Below the pieces are notes generated by a model. The model was not told the DNA's origin and searched no databases. It worked only from the letters and a program-made list of their open reading frames with translations. Made by a program: the position numbers and the translations under genes. Shown here in pieces: positions 44,654-54,574 of a stretch of DNA of 64,000 bases. The DNA is taken from NCBI GenBank assembly GCA_947628205.1, contig CANQYX010000001.1, positions 4,380 through 68,379 on the forward strand, in the 5' to 3' direction. The DNA comes from an uncultured Clostridia bacterium (GTDB taxonomy: Bacteria > Bacillota > Clostridia > Christensenellales > UBA1242). How positions within the stretch are numbered: position 1 is the stretch's first letter; each line of letters starts with the position of its first letter.

Positions 44654-44877
44654 TTTGTGTGGCAAATCGAAATATTGATGTAATTTAAAAATTGTTTAGT
44701 CAAAAATTAATAAAAATATTTTTTTAGTTTCCTATTTTTAAAAAATTTGTTGACAATAAATTAAATTGTGGTAAAATAATTACATAATTATTTTGTTTTT
44801 TTGCTGGAAAGGCAAAATAATTAGGCTAAAAGTTGTTCAAAGTTTATTTTCTTTTAAAAAAATTAAAAGGAGTTTTA

Positions 44878-46062
44878 ATGATATATCTAGATAACGCTGG
44901 CACAACGCGAGTTGATGACAGTGTGCTTAAAGCAATGCTTCCATATTTCAGCGAAAATTATGGCAATGCATCCTCGCTTTACACTTTCGGCCAAAAGGCA
45001 CGCGAGGTGGTGGAAGAATCTCGCGCAAAAGTTGCTAAATGCCTTGGCGGCAGCGCGGATGAAATAATTTTTACGTCTGGCGGCAGTGAAAGTGACAATC
45101 AGGCAATAATGTCCGCCGCGCGTTTTGGTGCGCTTAAAGGCAAAAAACACATTATTTCAAGCGCGTTTGAACATCACGCTGTTTTGCACACGCTAAACAG
45201 GTTGGAGCGCGATGGATTTGAGGTAACATATTTGCCTGTGTATTCAAATGGCATTGTGCGCCTTGCCGATTTAAAAAAGGCAATTCGTCCGGACACTTGT
45301 TTGGTCACAATTATGTTTGCCAACAATGAAATTGGCACAATTCAGCCGATTGCCGAAATTGGCAAGTTGTGTAGGCAAAAGGGCATAATTTTCCACACGG
45401 ACGCGGTGCAAGCGGTTGGTCATGTTCCAATTGACGTTGAAAAAATGAACATAGATATGCTCAGCCTGTCCGCGCACAAATTTCACGGGCCAAAAGGCAT
45501 AGGCGCGCTATATTGCCGCAAGGGCGTTCCGCTTTTCCCACTAATTGAGGGTGGCGCACAAGAGAGAAACAAGCGTGCCGGCACGGAGAGTGTGGCAAAC
45601 ATTGTGGGCCTTGCCGCCGCGCTTGAACTTGCGGTTAAAGAAATGCCAAAAGTTTCAAAGAAACTTACAAAATTGCGAGATAAATTAATAAGCGAACTCA
45701 GCAAAATTCCACACAGCGCGTTAAATGGCGATGCTATCAACCGCTTGCCAAACAATTTCAATATGTGCTTTGAGGGCATTGAGGGCGAAAGTTTGCTGCT
45801 GTCGCTTGACGAAAAGGGCATTTGTGCCTCATCGGGCAGCGCGTGCACATCTGGCTCACTCGACCCTAGCCATGTGTTGCTTGCAATCGGCCGCCCACAC
45901 GAGGTGGCGCACGGGAGTTTGCGTTTAACCATGTCAAAATACACAACTGAAAAAGAGATTGATGCGGTTATTAAAGCCGTGCCAGAAATTGTGGAATATT
46001 ACAGAAAAATGTCCCCGGTTTGGGACGAATTAGAAAAAGGAGTGAGGAAACATGTTATATAG
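44878..46062 (+). CDS. nifS: cysteine desulfurase (NifS/IscS class)
   Basis: [28 protein letters not shown] (PLP Lys), SSGSACTSG (active-site Cys). Confidence 0.9.
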   Translation: MIYLDNAGTTRVDDSVLKAMLPYFSENYGNASSLYTFGQKAREVVEESRAKVAKCLGGSADEIIFTSGGSESDNQAIMSAARFGALKGKKHIISSAFEHHAVLHTLNRLERDGFEVTYLPVYSNGIVRLADLKKAIRPDTCLVTIMFANNEIGTIQPIAEIGKLCRQKGIIFHTDAVQAVGHVPIDVEKMNIDMLSLSAHKFHGPKGIGALYCRKGVPLFPLIEGGAQERNKRAGTESVANIVGLAAALELAVKEMPKVSKKLTKLRDKLISELSKIPHSALNGDAINRLPNNFNMCFEGIEGESLLLSLDEKGICASSGSACTSGSLDPSHVLLAIGRPHEVAHGSLRLTMSKYTTEKEIDAVIKAVPEIVEYYRKMSPVWDELEKGVRKHVI

Positions 46063-46642
46063 CGAAAAGGTTATGGACCATTTCAAAAATCCACGTAATG
46101 TGGGCGAAATGCCGGACGCGGACGGAATTGGCGAAGTTGGCAACGCAAAATGTGGCGACATTATGCGTATGTACATTAAAGTTAAAAATGGCATTATAAC
46201 CGATGTCAAATTTATGACTTTTGGCTGCGGCAGTGCAATTGCAACAAGCAGCATGGCAACCGAACTTATTAAGGGCAAGCCAATTGAAAAGGCACTGGAA
46301 ATAACAAATCAGGCGGTGGTTGAGGCTCTTGACGGGTTGCCTGCCTACAAATTGCACTGCTCGGTTTTGGCAGAAGAGGCGATAAAAGCTGCCATTAAGG
46401 ATTATTTTGAAAAACACCATATAAAATATGACGAAAAAACTTACGCAAAAGGCAATTGTGCTTGCTTAATTGAGCACGAACACGCACAAGAACAAAAAGT
46501 AAAAGCGGAAGCAAAAAAATCTGCCAAAAAAGTTTTATCTAAACCGGCTAGTGCAAAAACAAAGGCGGCAACAACCGCTTCTAAAACAAATAAAGTTGCA
46601 AAAAAATCTTCAACCAAAAAGGCAAAAACAACAAAAAAATAA
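46052..46642 (+). CDS. nifU: Fe-S cluster scaffold NifU/IscU-like with a Lys/Ala/Thr-rich C-terminal tail
   Basis: [25 protein letters not shown] ([11 protein letters not shown]), HCSVLAEEA. The tail starts around [12 protein letters not shown]. Confidence 0.88.
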   Translation: MLYSEKVMDHFKNPRNVGEMPDADGIGEVGNAKCGDIMRMYIKVKNGIITDVKFMTFGCGSAIATSSMATELIKGKPIEKALEITNQAVVEALDGLPAYKLHCSVLAEEAIKAAIKDYFEKHHIKYDEKTYAKGNCACLIEHEHAQEQKVKAEAKKSAKKVLSKPASAKTKAATTASKTNKVAKKSSTKKAKTTKK

Positions 46643-46655
46643 AGAGTAACCCTCT

Positions 46656-47357
46656 TTATTTTTCTTTTGGCATAGAAAATTTTCTAATCAGCCTATCGGT
46701 CAACATTTCATCCAAATTTAGGCACATTACCTGTTTTGAATTTAGTTGGATTAAAATCTGTTGCAATTCGTTTGTAAGCTCGTTAAAATTTTCGCTTGAC
46801 TGTGCTTCTGCAAGATGTTTCTTTAACAGATTTATATAATTAACATCGTCTTCGTCCAACACTTCGTTTGTAAACAATGTTGCAATTTCTTCGTTGATAA
46901 TTTGGTTAAGCTTTTCCAAACTGTCCATAAGCGGATTGGTTTTTAAAATTATAAAATCCAGCATATTTTCAACATCCGCGCCGCTCAAATTGCCAATTTT
47001 ACTGTTGCATTCGCTAAAAATTTTTGAATATAGCTCGGCAGAAGTTTCAATTTTGGAATGGTCAAAATTAACAATTTCAAACTTGCGCACTAGGTAGTTG
47101 CCCAGCCATAAATAAAACGATTTAAACGATTGTTTTGTGCTGGCAAGCAGATGGGTTTGAATGGATTTTATCGAACGCTTTTGCTTGCTGTTAGTTATGG
47201 CTTCTAGCGTAACAGCAACAAAAATTGCACCAATTAAGCTTGCCCCAAAACTCATTGTAACTTGAAAAACTGCGTTGGCAGGGTTTATAAAATACACACC
47301 AATGCAAATTGCGCAAATAATGCCAAAACACACATAAATTGAAATTCTTGTTTTCAT
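46656..47357 (-). CDS. hypothetical membrane protein
   Basis: Two N-terminal helices and a helical C-terminal part. The ATG at 47357 lies 6 nt after TGtTATAAT. Confidence 0.5.
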   Translation of the reverse strand: MKTRISIYVCFGIICAICIGVYFINPANAVFQVTMSFGASLIGAIFVAVTLEAITNSKQKRSIKSIQTHLLASTKQSFKSFYLWLGNYLVRKFEIVNFDHSKIETSAELYSKIFSECNSKIGNLSGADVENMLDFIILKTNPLMDSLEKLNQIINEEIATLFTNEVLDEDDVNYINLLKKHLAEAQSSENFNELTNELQQILIQLNSKQVMCLNLDEMLTDRLIRKFSMPKEK

Positions 47358-47482
47358 GTTAATATTATAACACAAATTTTAAAAAGTAAAAAGTTTTTTG
47401 TTTTATTAAATAATTTATCTTTGCATATTGACAAACCTTATGTTTTATGCTAAAATGTTTGCATATAATAATATCGAGGTCT

Positions 47483-47549
47483 CATGAAAACTTGTTTTGA
47501 AATGGGGCAAGTCGGGGTCCCCATGAAAACTTGTTTTGAAATGGGGCAA
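47483..47549 (+). repeat. direct duplication of a 28-nt unit (catgaaaacttgttttgaaatggggcaa), 39-nt period
   Basis: Copies at 47483-47510 and 47522-47549, separated by gtcggggtccc. Confidence 0.9.
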
Positions 47550-47558
47550 ATATGAAGG

Positions 47559-48176
47559 ATGCAAAAACAAATGAAAAAGTTAGATAAAATTAAATCGGTA
47601 ACCGACATCAGTTATGCCGATTACCTAAATTACACCGATATGATGTCGGCAAAAAATTTAAAACCAATTGGCGTAAAAGAGGTTTTGTATCTCTTGCCTA
47701 TCGTTGCTGGGTTTGGCTGTTTGGGTCTGCTAAGCATTTCGGCGTGGTTCACCTTATTGGCAATGCCATTAATTTGCGTTGGCGTGTTTTTTGCATCGGT
47801 TGCCGGCCACTCAATTTATGTAAACTTTTGTAAAAGGGCGGATGCCAAACTTAAATTAAAAGAGCTTAAACGCTTGAAACACGAAAAGCAACTTTCCAGA
47901 ATTTCTAACTTAATGCAAGAGTATGAATCGAGCGAAAATTTTCAAGTTGAAAAACTTTTGTATGAAATTGAAAATTTAAAAAATGAAATTAAAACTTTGT
48001 CTTCATCAACCGTTCAGCAAAAAGAAAATGTTTTAGATTTAAAAACTCGCGAACTGCTTGAAAAAGAATATGTTTTAAACCTAATAAACAAAAACAAATC
48101 GTCAAATTCAAGTGTTAAAAAATATTCTAATAAAACGAATTTAACAAACGATAAAAATTTAAAAATAGATAATTAG
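47559..48176 (+). CDS. hypothetical membrane / coiled-coil protein
   Basis: Two TM helices, then a charged helical region. The start is uncertain (47559 or 47571). Confidence 0.5.
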   Translation: MQKQMKKLDKIKSVTDISYADYLNYTDMMSAKNLKPIGVKEVLYLLPIVAGFGCLGLLSISAWFTLLAMPLICVGVFFASVAGHSIYVNFCKRADAKLKLKELKRLKHEKQLSRISNLMQEYESSENFQVEKLLYEIENLKNEIKTLSSSTVQQKENVLDLKTRELLEKEYVLNLINKNKSSNSSVKKYSNKTNLTNDKNLKIDN

Positions 48177-48185
48177 GAGTTAAAA

Positions 48186-48485
48186 ATGACAGATATAGAA
48201 CAAGCGGCAAAATCTTTATATGAAAGCATAAAATATGTTTATTTTTCCAACATCGCTCAACAAATTGTGTTAAGTTCGGCAAAAAAAGATGAGGAAAAAC
48301 GCTTAAAGCTTGGCGCAATTTACAATGGCCTGCAAGGATTGAGATATAAAATACAACATTTGGATTTGTCCTCACCAACCGCCAAAAAACAACTTAAAAT
48401 TTTAAGCGATAAATTTGTGGCTTATAAAAAAGAATATAAAAATTTAACCAAAAAAAATTTGGTGGATTCGGTTAGTTTAATTTAA
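48186..48485 (+). CDS. hypothetical protein
   Basis: ATG preceded by TAGGAG; 99 aa. Confidence 0.45.
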   Translation: MTDIEQAAKSLYESIKYVYFSNIAQQIVLSSAKKDEEKRLKLGAIYNGLQGLRYKIQHLDLSSPTAKKQLKILSDKFVAYKKEYKNLTKKNLVDSVSLI

Positions 48486-48507
48486 AAAAATAAAAGCTTT
48501 TTCGCTT

Positions 48508-48801
48508 TTATTTTTTATTAGATTGCGCTAAATTTTTTGTTAATTCTTCTTGCATTTGTGTGTGCATTTTTAATGTTTGCTTAACCTCTTTTGCGGCCGC
48601 CGGCGTTTTTGGGTAAAACCCTTTTTCGTTCATAATTTTAAAAAGTTTAAGGTCGTGTTCGCTGGCAATTTTTTGGTTTTCATAAAACAAATTGCGCAGT
48701 GTTTCGTTAGAGGTTTCAATGCCATATTGGCAATACATGCTAATTAAATATTTGTGCGCAATAAGTGCATCTTGCAGCGTGTTTTGTGTGTTAAATTCCA
48801 T
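48508..48801 (-). CDS. Coat F-domain (spore coat protein F-like) protein
   Basis: LQDALIAHKYLISMYCQYGIETSNETLRNLF...EHDLKLFKIMNEKGFY resembles the Coat_F pattern. Confidence 0.6.
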   Translation of the reverse strand: MEFNTQNTLQDALIAHKYLISMYCQYGIETSNETLRNLFYENQKIASEHDLKLFKIMNEKGFYPKTPAAAKEVKQTLKMHTQMQEELTKNLAQSNKK

Positions 48802-49016
48802 TATTTTGTTCCTCCTTCGCCTGCGTTTGCCTTCAAATATGCAAGCAATTTGCTGTGGTTTTCAAGGTGCTTTTGTGCCATGTCGGCAAACATGGTTTTA
48901 AGTGGCTTTTCCGCCGCCGCTTGCGAGCAAAATTTCATTTTGGTTGCCATCCAATTTTCAAAAGTCATCATTTCGTTTAATGCCATTAAATCTTTTGTTG
49001 TAATTTCTTTTTTCAT
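48801..49016 (-). CDS. small helical protein, translationally coupled (TAATG) to the Coat F-like gene
   Basis: ATG at 49016 after GGGAGG. The stop overlaps the downstream start by 1 nt. Confidence 0.5.
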   Translation of the reverse strand: MKKEITTKDLMALNEMMTFENWMATKMKFCSQAAAEKPLKTMFADMAQKHLENHSKLLAYLKANAGEGGTK

Positions 49017-49184
49017 AAATGCCTCCCACCACAATGTTTGCCAAAAATTTAAAATTAAAACAATAATAAAAGGATAATCAACAAATTAAAAATGTTTTAT
49101 TAATTTTGAAATGTTTGCTATAATATATTTAGCAAATATTTTTTTAGTTAATGTTTTAATGTTAAAAATATATATTGTTAAAAT

Positions 49185-49228
49185 TTATTTTCTGTTTCTC
49201 TTTTTTAAAAAAGAGAAAAACGAAAGGA
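49185..49228. repeat. T-arm/A-arm palindrome (family 2-like)
   Basis: ttttctgtttctctttttt|aaaaaagagaaaaacgaaa. Confidence 0.6.
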
Positions 49229-49233
49229 TTTTT

Positions 49234-50619
49234 ATGGAATTTGAAACAATTGTGGCGCTTGCAACTCCGCCGGGCAACAGCGGCGTGGCGGTGGTGCGCA
49301 TAAGCGGAAAAAAATCAAAACAAATTGCGCAAAAAATTATTAAGGAACGCTTGATTTTTGAGCCACGCAAAATGTACCTTAAAAAAATTCATGTTAAAAA
49401 TTTTGTGGACTACGCGCTAGTTGTATTTTTCCCATCTCCGCACAGTTACACAGGCGAAGATGTTGTGGAAATTCAAGCGCATGGCGGATATTTTTTGGCG
49501 CGGTGCATAATTGATGAGGTAGTTTCGCTTGGCGCAAGGTTGGCGACTGCTGGCGAATTCTCTAAACGCGCTTTTCTAAACGGAAAAATGAGTTTGGACC
49601 AAGCGGAAGCGATTATGGACATCATCAACGCGGAAACGGATATGCAAGCAAAATTCAGCACCGAACTGCTGCAAGGAAATTTGCGCGAAAGCATTGAAAA
49701 CCACCAAAACGAGTTGACGGACATTTTGGCAGAAATTGAAGCAAAACTTGACTATCCCGAATATGAATTTTCGGCAAGCGAAACAACAAACACGCTTAAA
49801 AAACTTAAAACTATTGAAACTTCGCTTAACAACCTAGTTGCAGACAGCAAAAACGGGTTAATCATAAAAAACGGCGTTAAAATTGCCATTGTTGGCGCAC
49901 CAAATGTTGGCAAATCTAGCCTACTTAACGCGCTAACCAAAAGCGAAAAGGCCATTGTAACCGACATTGCCGGCACCACGCGTGATGTTGTTGAGGCGGA
50001 ATATCAGTATAACGGCATCATTTTTAGGTTGTTCGACACGGCAGGTATCCACGACAGCACCGATACGGTTGAAAAAATTGGCATCACACGTGCAATAAAG
50101 ACCATTGATGAGTGCGACCTTGTTTTGCGCCTAAGCGAGCCAAACGCACCATGCCAAGTTAAAACAAAAAAACCGCACATTGACGTTATAAACAAAATGG
50201 ATTTGATTTCTCTTTTTGACAAAAGAGAAACAGAAAACCCCCAATGTCATTCTGAGCAAATATCCACTTTATGTCATTCTGAGCGAGTGAAACGAGACGA
50301 AGAATCTCAAAACCCCATTTACATCTCCGCCAAAACTGGCGAGGGCGTAGATGAATTAAAACAACTCATTTTTGAAAAAATAATAACATCAAACATCGAC
50401 CAAAACAAATTTTATCTAACAAACACTCGTCACATCGAGTGCGTAAAAGCCGCCACCGCGCACCTTAAAAACGCAATTAAAAATTTCAACACCACCACTA
50501 TGGATATAATTTCTGCCGAACTAAAATCGGCATGGACCGCACTTGGCGAAATTTCTGGCACAACCGCCAACGAAACAATAATTGACAAAATCTTTTCAAA
50601 GTTTTGTCTTGGTAAATAA
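49234..50619 (+). CDS. mnmE: tRNA modification GTPase MnmE, with an in-frame repeat-derived insertion
   Basis: IVALATPPG, GAPNVGKSSLLN, DTAG, NKMDL, SAKTGEG, C-terminal FCLGK. Confidence 0.92.
   Translation: MEFETIVALATPPGNSGVAVVRISGKKSKQIAQKIIKERLIFEPRKMYLKKIHVKNFVDYALVVFFPSPHSYTGEDVVEIQAHGGYFLARCIIDEVVSLGARLATAGEFSKRAFLNGKMSLDQAEAIMDIINAETDMQAKFSTELLQGNLRESIENHQNELTDILAEIEAKLDYPEYEFSASETTNTLKKLKTIETSLNNLVADSKNGLIIKNGVKIAIVGAPNVGKSSLLNALTKSEKAIVTDIAGTTRDVVEAEYQYNGIIFRLFDTAGIHDSTDTVEKIGITRAIKTIDECDLVLRLSEPNAPCQVKTKKPHIDVINKMDLISLFDKRETENPQCHSEQISTLCHSERVKRDEESQNPIYISAKTGEGVDELKQLIFEKIITSNIDQNKFYLTNTRHIECVKAATAHLKNAIKNFNTTTMDIISAELKSAWTALGEISGTTANETIIDKIFSKFCLGK
50246..50308 (+). repeat. two REP family-1 modules embedded in frame in mnmE
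   Basis: gtcattctgagcaaata... and gtcattctgagcgagtgaaacgagacgaagaatctc, translated as CHSEQISTLCHSERVKRDEESQ. Confidence 0.85.
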
Positions 50620-50837
50620 TTAGCGAGTTACAGTTAAAATTTAGTGAGTGTTGGCGGTGCGCACTCACTTAGGTGCGCAAAGCGCAAAGTCGTTCGCACA
50701 CACCGCTAACCCTCAAAGCAATTTTATTTAAGCAGTTGATTATTGAGGGAAAAAGAGGTGGATTTGTTCTGTTATACTCATGGTTAATTGTGCGTTCACA
50801 AAGATTACACAAACTCAAAAAACTTTTTAGGAAAAAC

Positions 50838-51296
50838 ATGATACTTATTGCGGGTTTTGAAGGTAAAAATAATTCTAGCAAACTTGCGTTAGACAAGTTA
50901 AAGTTTTTAATTAAAAACAAGCAGAAAGTTTTCAATTTTAACTATCAAGAAATCGATTTGTTATATCTAAAAAATGACAAAACAAAATCTTCCGAACAAA
51001 TTGTTGATATGTTAAACTCAACGCATTATGAAAAAATTATTTTACTTGGTCAAAAGCCAAAGATAAAGAACAAAATAAGCATAGAGTTGCAAGCTAAACT
51101 TAACGAAAAAACATTAACAACTAATTTTAATTTGGACGAATTGACCGCGTTTTTAAACAAAAACAAAATAAGCTATTATTTTTCAAAAAACTGCGGAACT
51201 TCTTATTGCAATTATATTTATTTTTTCACACTAGATTATCTTTTAAAAAACAAAATTTCTACACCCGCCGTCTTTATTCATTTGCCATATCAATAA
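50838..51296 (+). CDS. peptidase C15 (pyroglutamyl-peptidase I)-like protein, short
   Basis: ILIAGFEG..., LLGQKP...ISIELQA, GTSYCNYIYF, VFIHLP correspond in order to the Glu/Cys/His blocks of Pcp. Confidence 0.5.
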   Translation: MILIAGFEGKNNSSKLALDKLKFLIKNKQKVFNFNYQEIDLLYLKNDKTKSSEQIVDMLNSTHYEKIILLGQKPKIKNKISIELQAKLNEKTLTTNFNLDELTAFLNKNKISYYFSKNCGTSYCNYIYFFTLDYLLKNKISTPAVFIHLPYQ

Positions 51297-51401
51297 AAAA
51301 ACAACCCTATTCCTCAATTCAACAAATTTTGGTCTTTGTGTTGTTCATATTTTGCTATTTGGCCGCTAAAATGAAAATGTAATTCATAAAGGAGGTAAAA
51401 T

Positions 51402-51755
51402 ATGAATACAGATAAAATTTATGCAGAGCAAATCGCAAACGAATATGCTCCAAAAAACGCAACAAAGGTTAAACAACTAAAAAAACTAGACGCAAAAGCT
51501 AAATTGCCGGCAACAATTTTCGCTTACACATTTGGCATTATTAGCGCGTTGGTTTTAGGTGTTGGCATGTGCCTGGCAATGAAAGTTATTGGCTCGGGCG
51601 TGGCAGCAATGGTTGTTGGAATTGTTGTTGGCGTTGTGGGCATTGTTGGTTGCGGAGTTAACTATCCAATTTACAAAAAATTGCGTGCAAACGGCAAAGC
51701 AAAATACGGCTCGGACATAATGAAACTTGCAAAAGAAATTAGCGAAGAAGAATAA
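51402..51755 (+). CDS. small membrane protein
   Basis: RBS AAGGAGG; two Gly/Val-rich helices. Confidence 0.55.
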   Translation: MNTDKIYAEQIANEYAPKNATKVKQLKKLDAKAKLPATIFAYTFGIISALVLGVGMCLAMKVIGSGVAAMVVGIVVGVVGIVGCGVNYPIYKKLRANGKAKYGSDIMKLAKEISEEE

Positions 51756-51772
51756 GCAAAAGGAGAAGTGCT

Positions 51773-52387
51773 ATGAACAAATTTGAAAGTAAATATTTCA
51801 ACACCGCTCAACTTTTAAATCAGGCACTTATTGAACTTTTAAACAAAAAGGATTATGAGTTTATAACAATCAAAGAACTATGCAAAAAGGCTGGGGTTAA
51901 TCGCTCCACCTTTTATTTGCATTATGACACATTAAACGACCTACTATATGAAACGATTGACAACACAAACAAAAAATTTTTATCGTTTTTCGATGAGGCG
52001 CACAGCGATGTAATTGCAAACATAAAAAGCGAACAAAAAAGCAATTTAATTTTAATCACGCCCGAATATTTGCAGCCATATTTAACATATATCGAGCAAA
52101 ACAAGGTGGTGTATCAAGTTTCGGCAAGATATCCAAAATTGATGCAATCAATAACCAAATATAACCTATTAAAAGAAAATGTTTTGTACCCAATTTTTAA
52201 ACGCTTTAACATTCAAGAAAGCCAGCAAAAATATTTTTCCGCTTATTATATAAATGGCATTTATGCCATAATCGACGAGTGGTTAAAATCTGGCTGCACG
52301 GATAGCAAAGATTTGGTTATGGACGCAATTATTAAATGCGTCCGCCCGTTTGAGGAGAGCGATGAGAATAAAAAAAATAATTATTAA
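51773..52387 (+). CDS. TetR/AcrR-family transcriptional regulator
   Basis: ITIKELCKKAGVNRSTFYLHYDTLNDLL. Confidence 0.8.
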   Translation: MNKFESKYFNTAQLLNQALIELLNKKDYEFITIKELCKKAGVNRSTFYLHYDTLNDLLYETIDNTNKKFLSFFDEAHSDVIANIKSEQKSNLILITPEYLQPYLTYIEQNKVVYQVSARYPKLMQSITKYNLLKENVLYPIFKRFNIQESQQKYFSAYYINGIYAIIDEWLKSGCTDSKDLVMDAIIKCVRPFEESDENKKNNY

Positions 52388-52703
52388 CATTAGAAATAAT
52401 TTAAAAAGTTTAAAAACAAATCGTATAAAAAACAAACCAGTTTGAGTTTGTTTTTTTTCTTTTTTTTATTTGTATTTGTGCCATCTAAGAATTATAATTA
52501 ACCGGAATTTTGTTTTTCTTAACACATTGCAATACAAAATTCGTTAAAACTATTGAAAAACGCAATTTTTGTGATATAATAGTTTATATTCAATTGCGTT
52601 AATTTTTCAATAACAATTTTGCGGCAACAAATTAACAAACATATTAAATCAAAAATTACAAAATTATTTAAAAATTAATGCATTAAAATTAAAAGTTAAA
52701 ATT

Positions 52704-54566
52704 ATGGAAAATTGTGTGGAGTTTTTTGATGCGGTGGTTATTGGCAGTGGGCACGCGGGCAGTGAGGCGTGCCTTGCTCTTTCACGCCTTGGCAAAAAAA
52801 CTCTGCTTACAACGCTAAATTTGGATAGCATTGCTTTTCTTGCTTGCAACCCAAGCATTGGCGGCACGGCAAAAGGGCAGTTGGCAGGCGAAATAGACGC
52901 GCTTGGCGGCGAAATGGGCATAAATGCAGATAAATCCATGTTGCAGTTGCGCATGCTCAATTCGGGCAAAGGTCCGGCTGTGCAATCGCTGCGCGCGCAG
53001 GTGGATAAAGTTGTTTATCACAACGAGATGAAACGCACGCTAGAAAAACAAAAGAATTTGGACATTTTGCAGTGCGAGGTGGCGGAAATTTTAACCGAAA
53101 ACGGCCGCGTTGTTGGCGTTAAAACTTCTATGGGCGAAGTGTTTGGCTGCTCAGCGGTGGTTGTTGCAACGGGCGTGTATTTAAACAGCAAAATAATAAT
53201 TGGAGATTACACCAAACTCACCGGCCCGAACGGTTACGAGCCAAGCACAAAACTCACCAAATCGCTTATGGATTTAGGCATAGAAATCCGCCGTTTCAAA
53301 ACTGGCACACCTGCGCGAGTGGACGGCAAATCTATTGACTATTCAAAATTTGAAGTTCAGCCGGGCGACGCATTAAATTTAAGTTTTTCCGCCATGAGCA
53401 AAAAGGTTAAAAACACGCGCGAGTGCTATCTTGGATACACTAGCGAAGAGATGAACGATTTAATCCGCCAAAATATCAGCCGCGCGCCGCTCTATTCGGG
53501 CAAAATCAACGGCATTGGGCCGAGATATTGCCCAAGCATTGAGGACAAAATTATGCGCTTTGCGGACAAGGATAGGCACCAATTGTTTTTAGAGCCAGAA
53601 AGCGCCGGCACAGACGAGGTTTATGTTCAGGGCATTTCAAGCAGTATGCCGGTGGACATTCAGCGCAAAATGTACCGCCTTATTCCCGGGTTTGAGCAAG
53701 TTAAAATCATGCGTTTTGCCTACGCCATTGAGTACGATTGCATTAATGCACTTGAACTTAAAAACAACCTAGAAAGCAAAAAAATCGCCGGCCTTTTCTT
53801 TGCCGGACAAGTGAATGGCACAAGCGGCTACGAGGAGGCTGGAGCGCAGGGCATTATGGCAGGCATAAACGCGCAACGGTATATCGACAAACTTCCGCCT
53901 TTCGTGCTGGGGCGTGACCAAGCATATATCGGTGTGCTGATTGACGACCTAACCACAAAAGACATTGTTGAACCTTACCGCATGATGACTTCGCGCGCCG
54001 AACACCGCCTAATTTTGCGGCAGGATAATTGCGACATCCGCCTAACCGAACTTGGCAGACAAATTGGGCTGGTGGATAACAAACGCTATAAAATTTTTAA
54101 AAATAAATTAAAACAAATTGACGAAGTTAACGCCGCGCTAAACACCATGAAAAACCCAAAACAACTAGAAATTTTGTTTGCCGAAAAGGGCGAAAGCCAA
54201 ACCAAAAATGGCTTAACTTTACGCGATGCCATCAAGCGCAACAACATCACGATTTTTGACATAAAGAAGCATTTCAATTTGTTCCAAAATATTCCAGACG
54301 CCGTGCTTGAATATGTAAACACCGAAATTAAATATGAGGGCTACATTAAGCAAGAAAACGAGCAAATTGCCCGCGCTCGCCAAAGCGAAAACATTAAATT
54401 GCCGAATATAGATTACGCGCAAATTTCCGGTCTGCGCATAGAGGCACGCCAAAAACTTAACAAATTTAAGCCAGCCACACTCGGCCAAGCCAAGCGCATA
54501 GACGGCGTCAGCCCAAGCGACATAAATGTTTTGCTTGTTTACCTAAAATTAAAAGGGATTATTTAA
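52704..54566 (+). CDS. mnmG: tRNA uridine 5-carboxymethylaminomethyl modification enzyme MnmG (GidA)
   Basis: DAVVIGSGHAGSEA, NPSIGGTAKG, GPRYCPSIEDK, FFAGQVNGTSGYEEA. Confidence 0.95.
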   Translation: MENCVEFFDAVVIGSGHAGSEACLALSRLGKKTLLTTLNLDSIAFLACNPSIGGTAKGQLAGEIDALGGEMGINADKSMLQLRMLNSGKGPAVQSLRAQVDKVVYHNEMKRTLEKQKNLDILQCEVAEILTENGRVVGVKTSMGEVFGCSAVVVATGVYLNSKIIIGDYTKLTGPNGYEPSTKLTKSLMDLGIEIRRFKTGTPARVDGKSIDYSKFEVQPGDALNLSFSAMSKKVKNTRECYLGYTSEEMNDLIRQNISRAPLYSGKINGIGPRYCPSIEDKIMRFADKDRHQLFLEPESAGTDEVYVQGISSSMPVDIQRKMYRLIPGFEQVKIMRFAYAIEYDCINALELKNNLESKKIAGLFFAGQVNGTSGYEEAGAQGIMAGINAQRYIDKLPPFVLGRDQAYIGVLIDDLTTKDIVEPYRMMTSRAEHRLILRQDNCDIRLTELGRQIGLVDNKRYKIFKNKLKQIDEVNAALNTMKNPKQLEILFAEKGESQTKNGLTLRDAIKRNNITIFDIKKHFNLFQNIPDAVLEYVNTEIKYEGYIKQENEQIARARQSENIKLPNIDYAQISGLRIEARQKLNKFKPATLGQAKRIDGVSPSDINVLLVYLKLKGII

Positions 54567-54574
54567 CACATCTC

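Noticed and set aside
50620-50837. GC-rich palindromic stretch after mnmE (agtgagtgttggcggtgcgcactcact...) as an RNA gene, and the long 207-aa version of ORF 50673-51296.
   Set aside because: The hairpin is positioned as the mnmE terminator. The N-terminal 55 codons of the long ORF read through it and lack any family signal, whereas the peptidase-C15-like similarity starts at the ATG at 50838.
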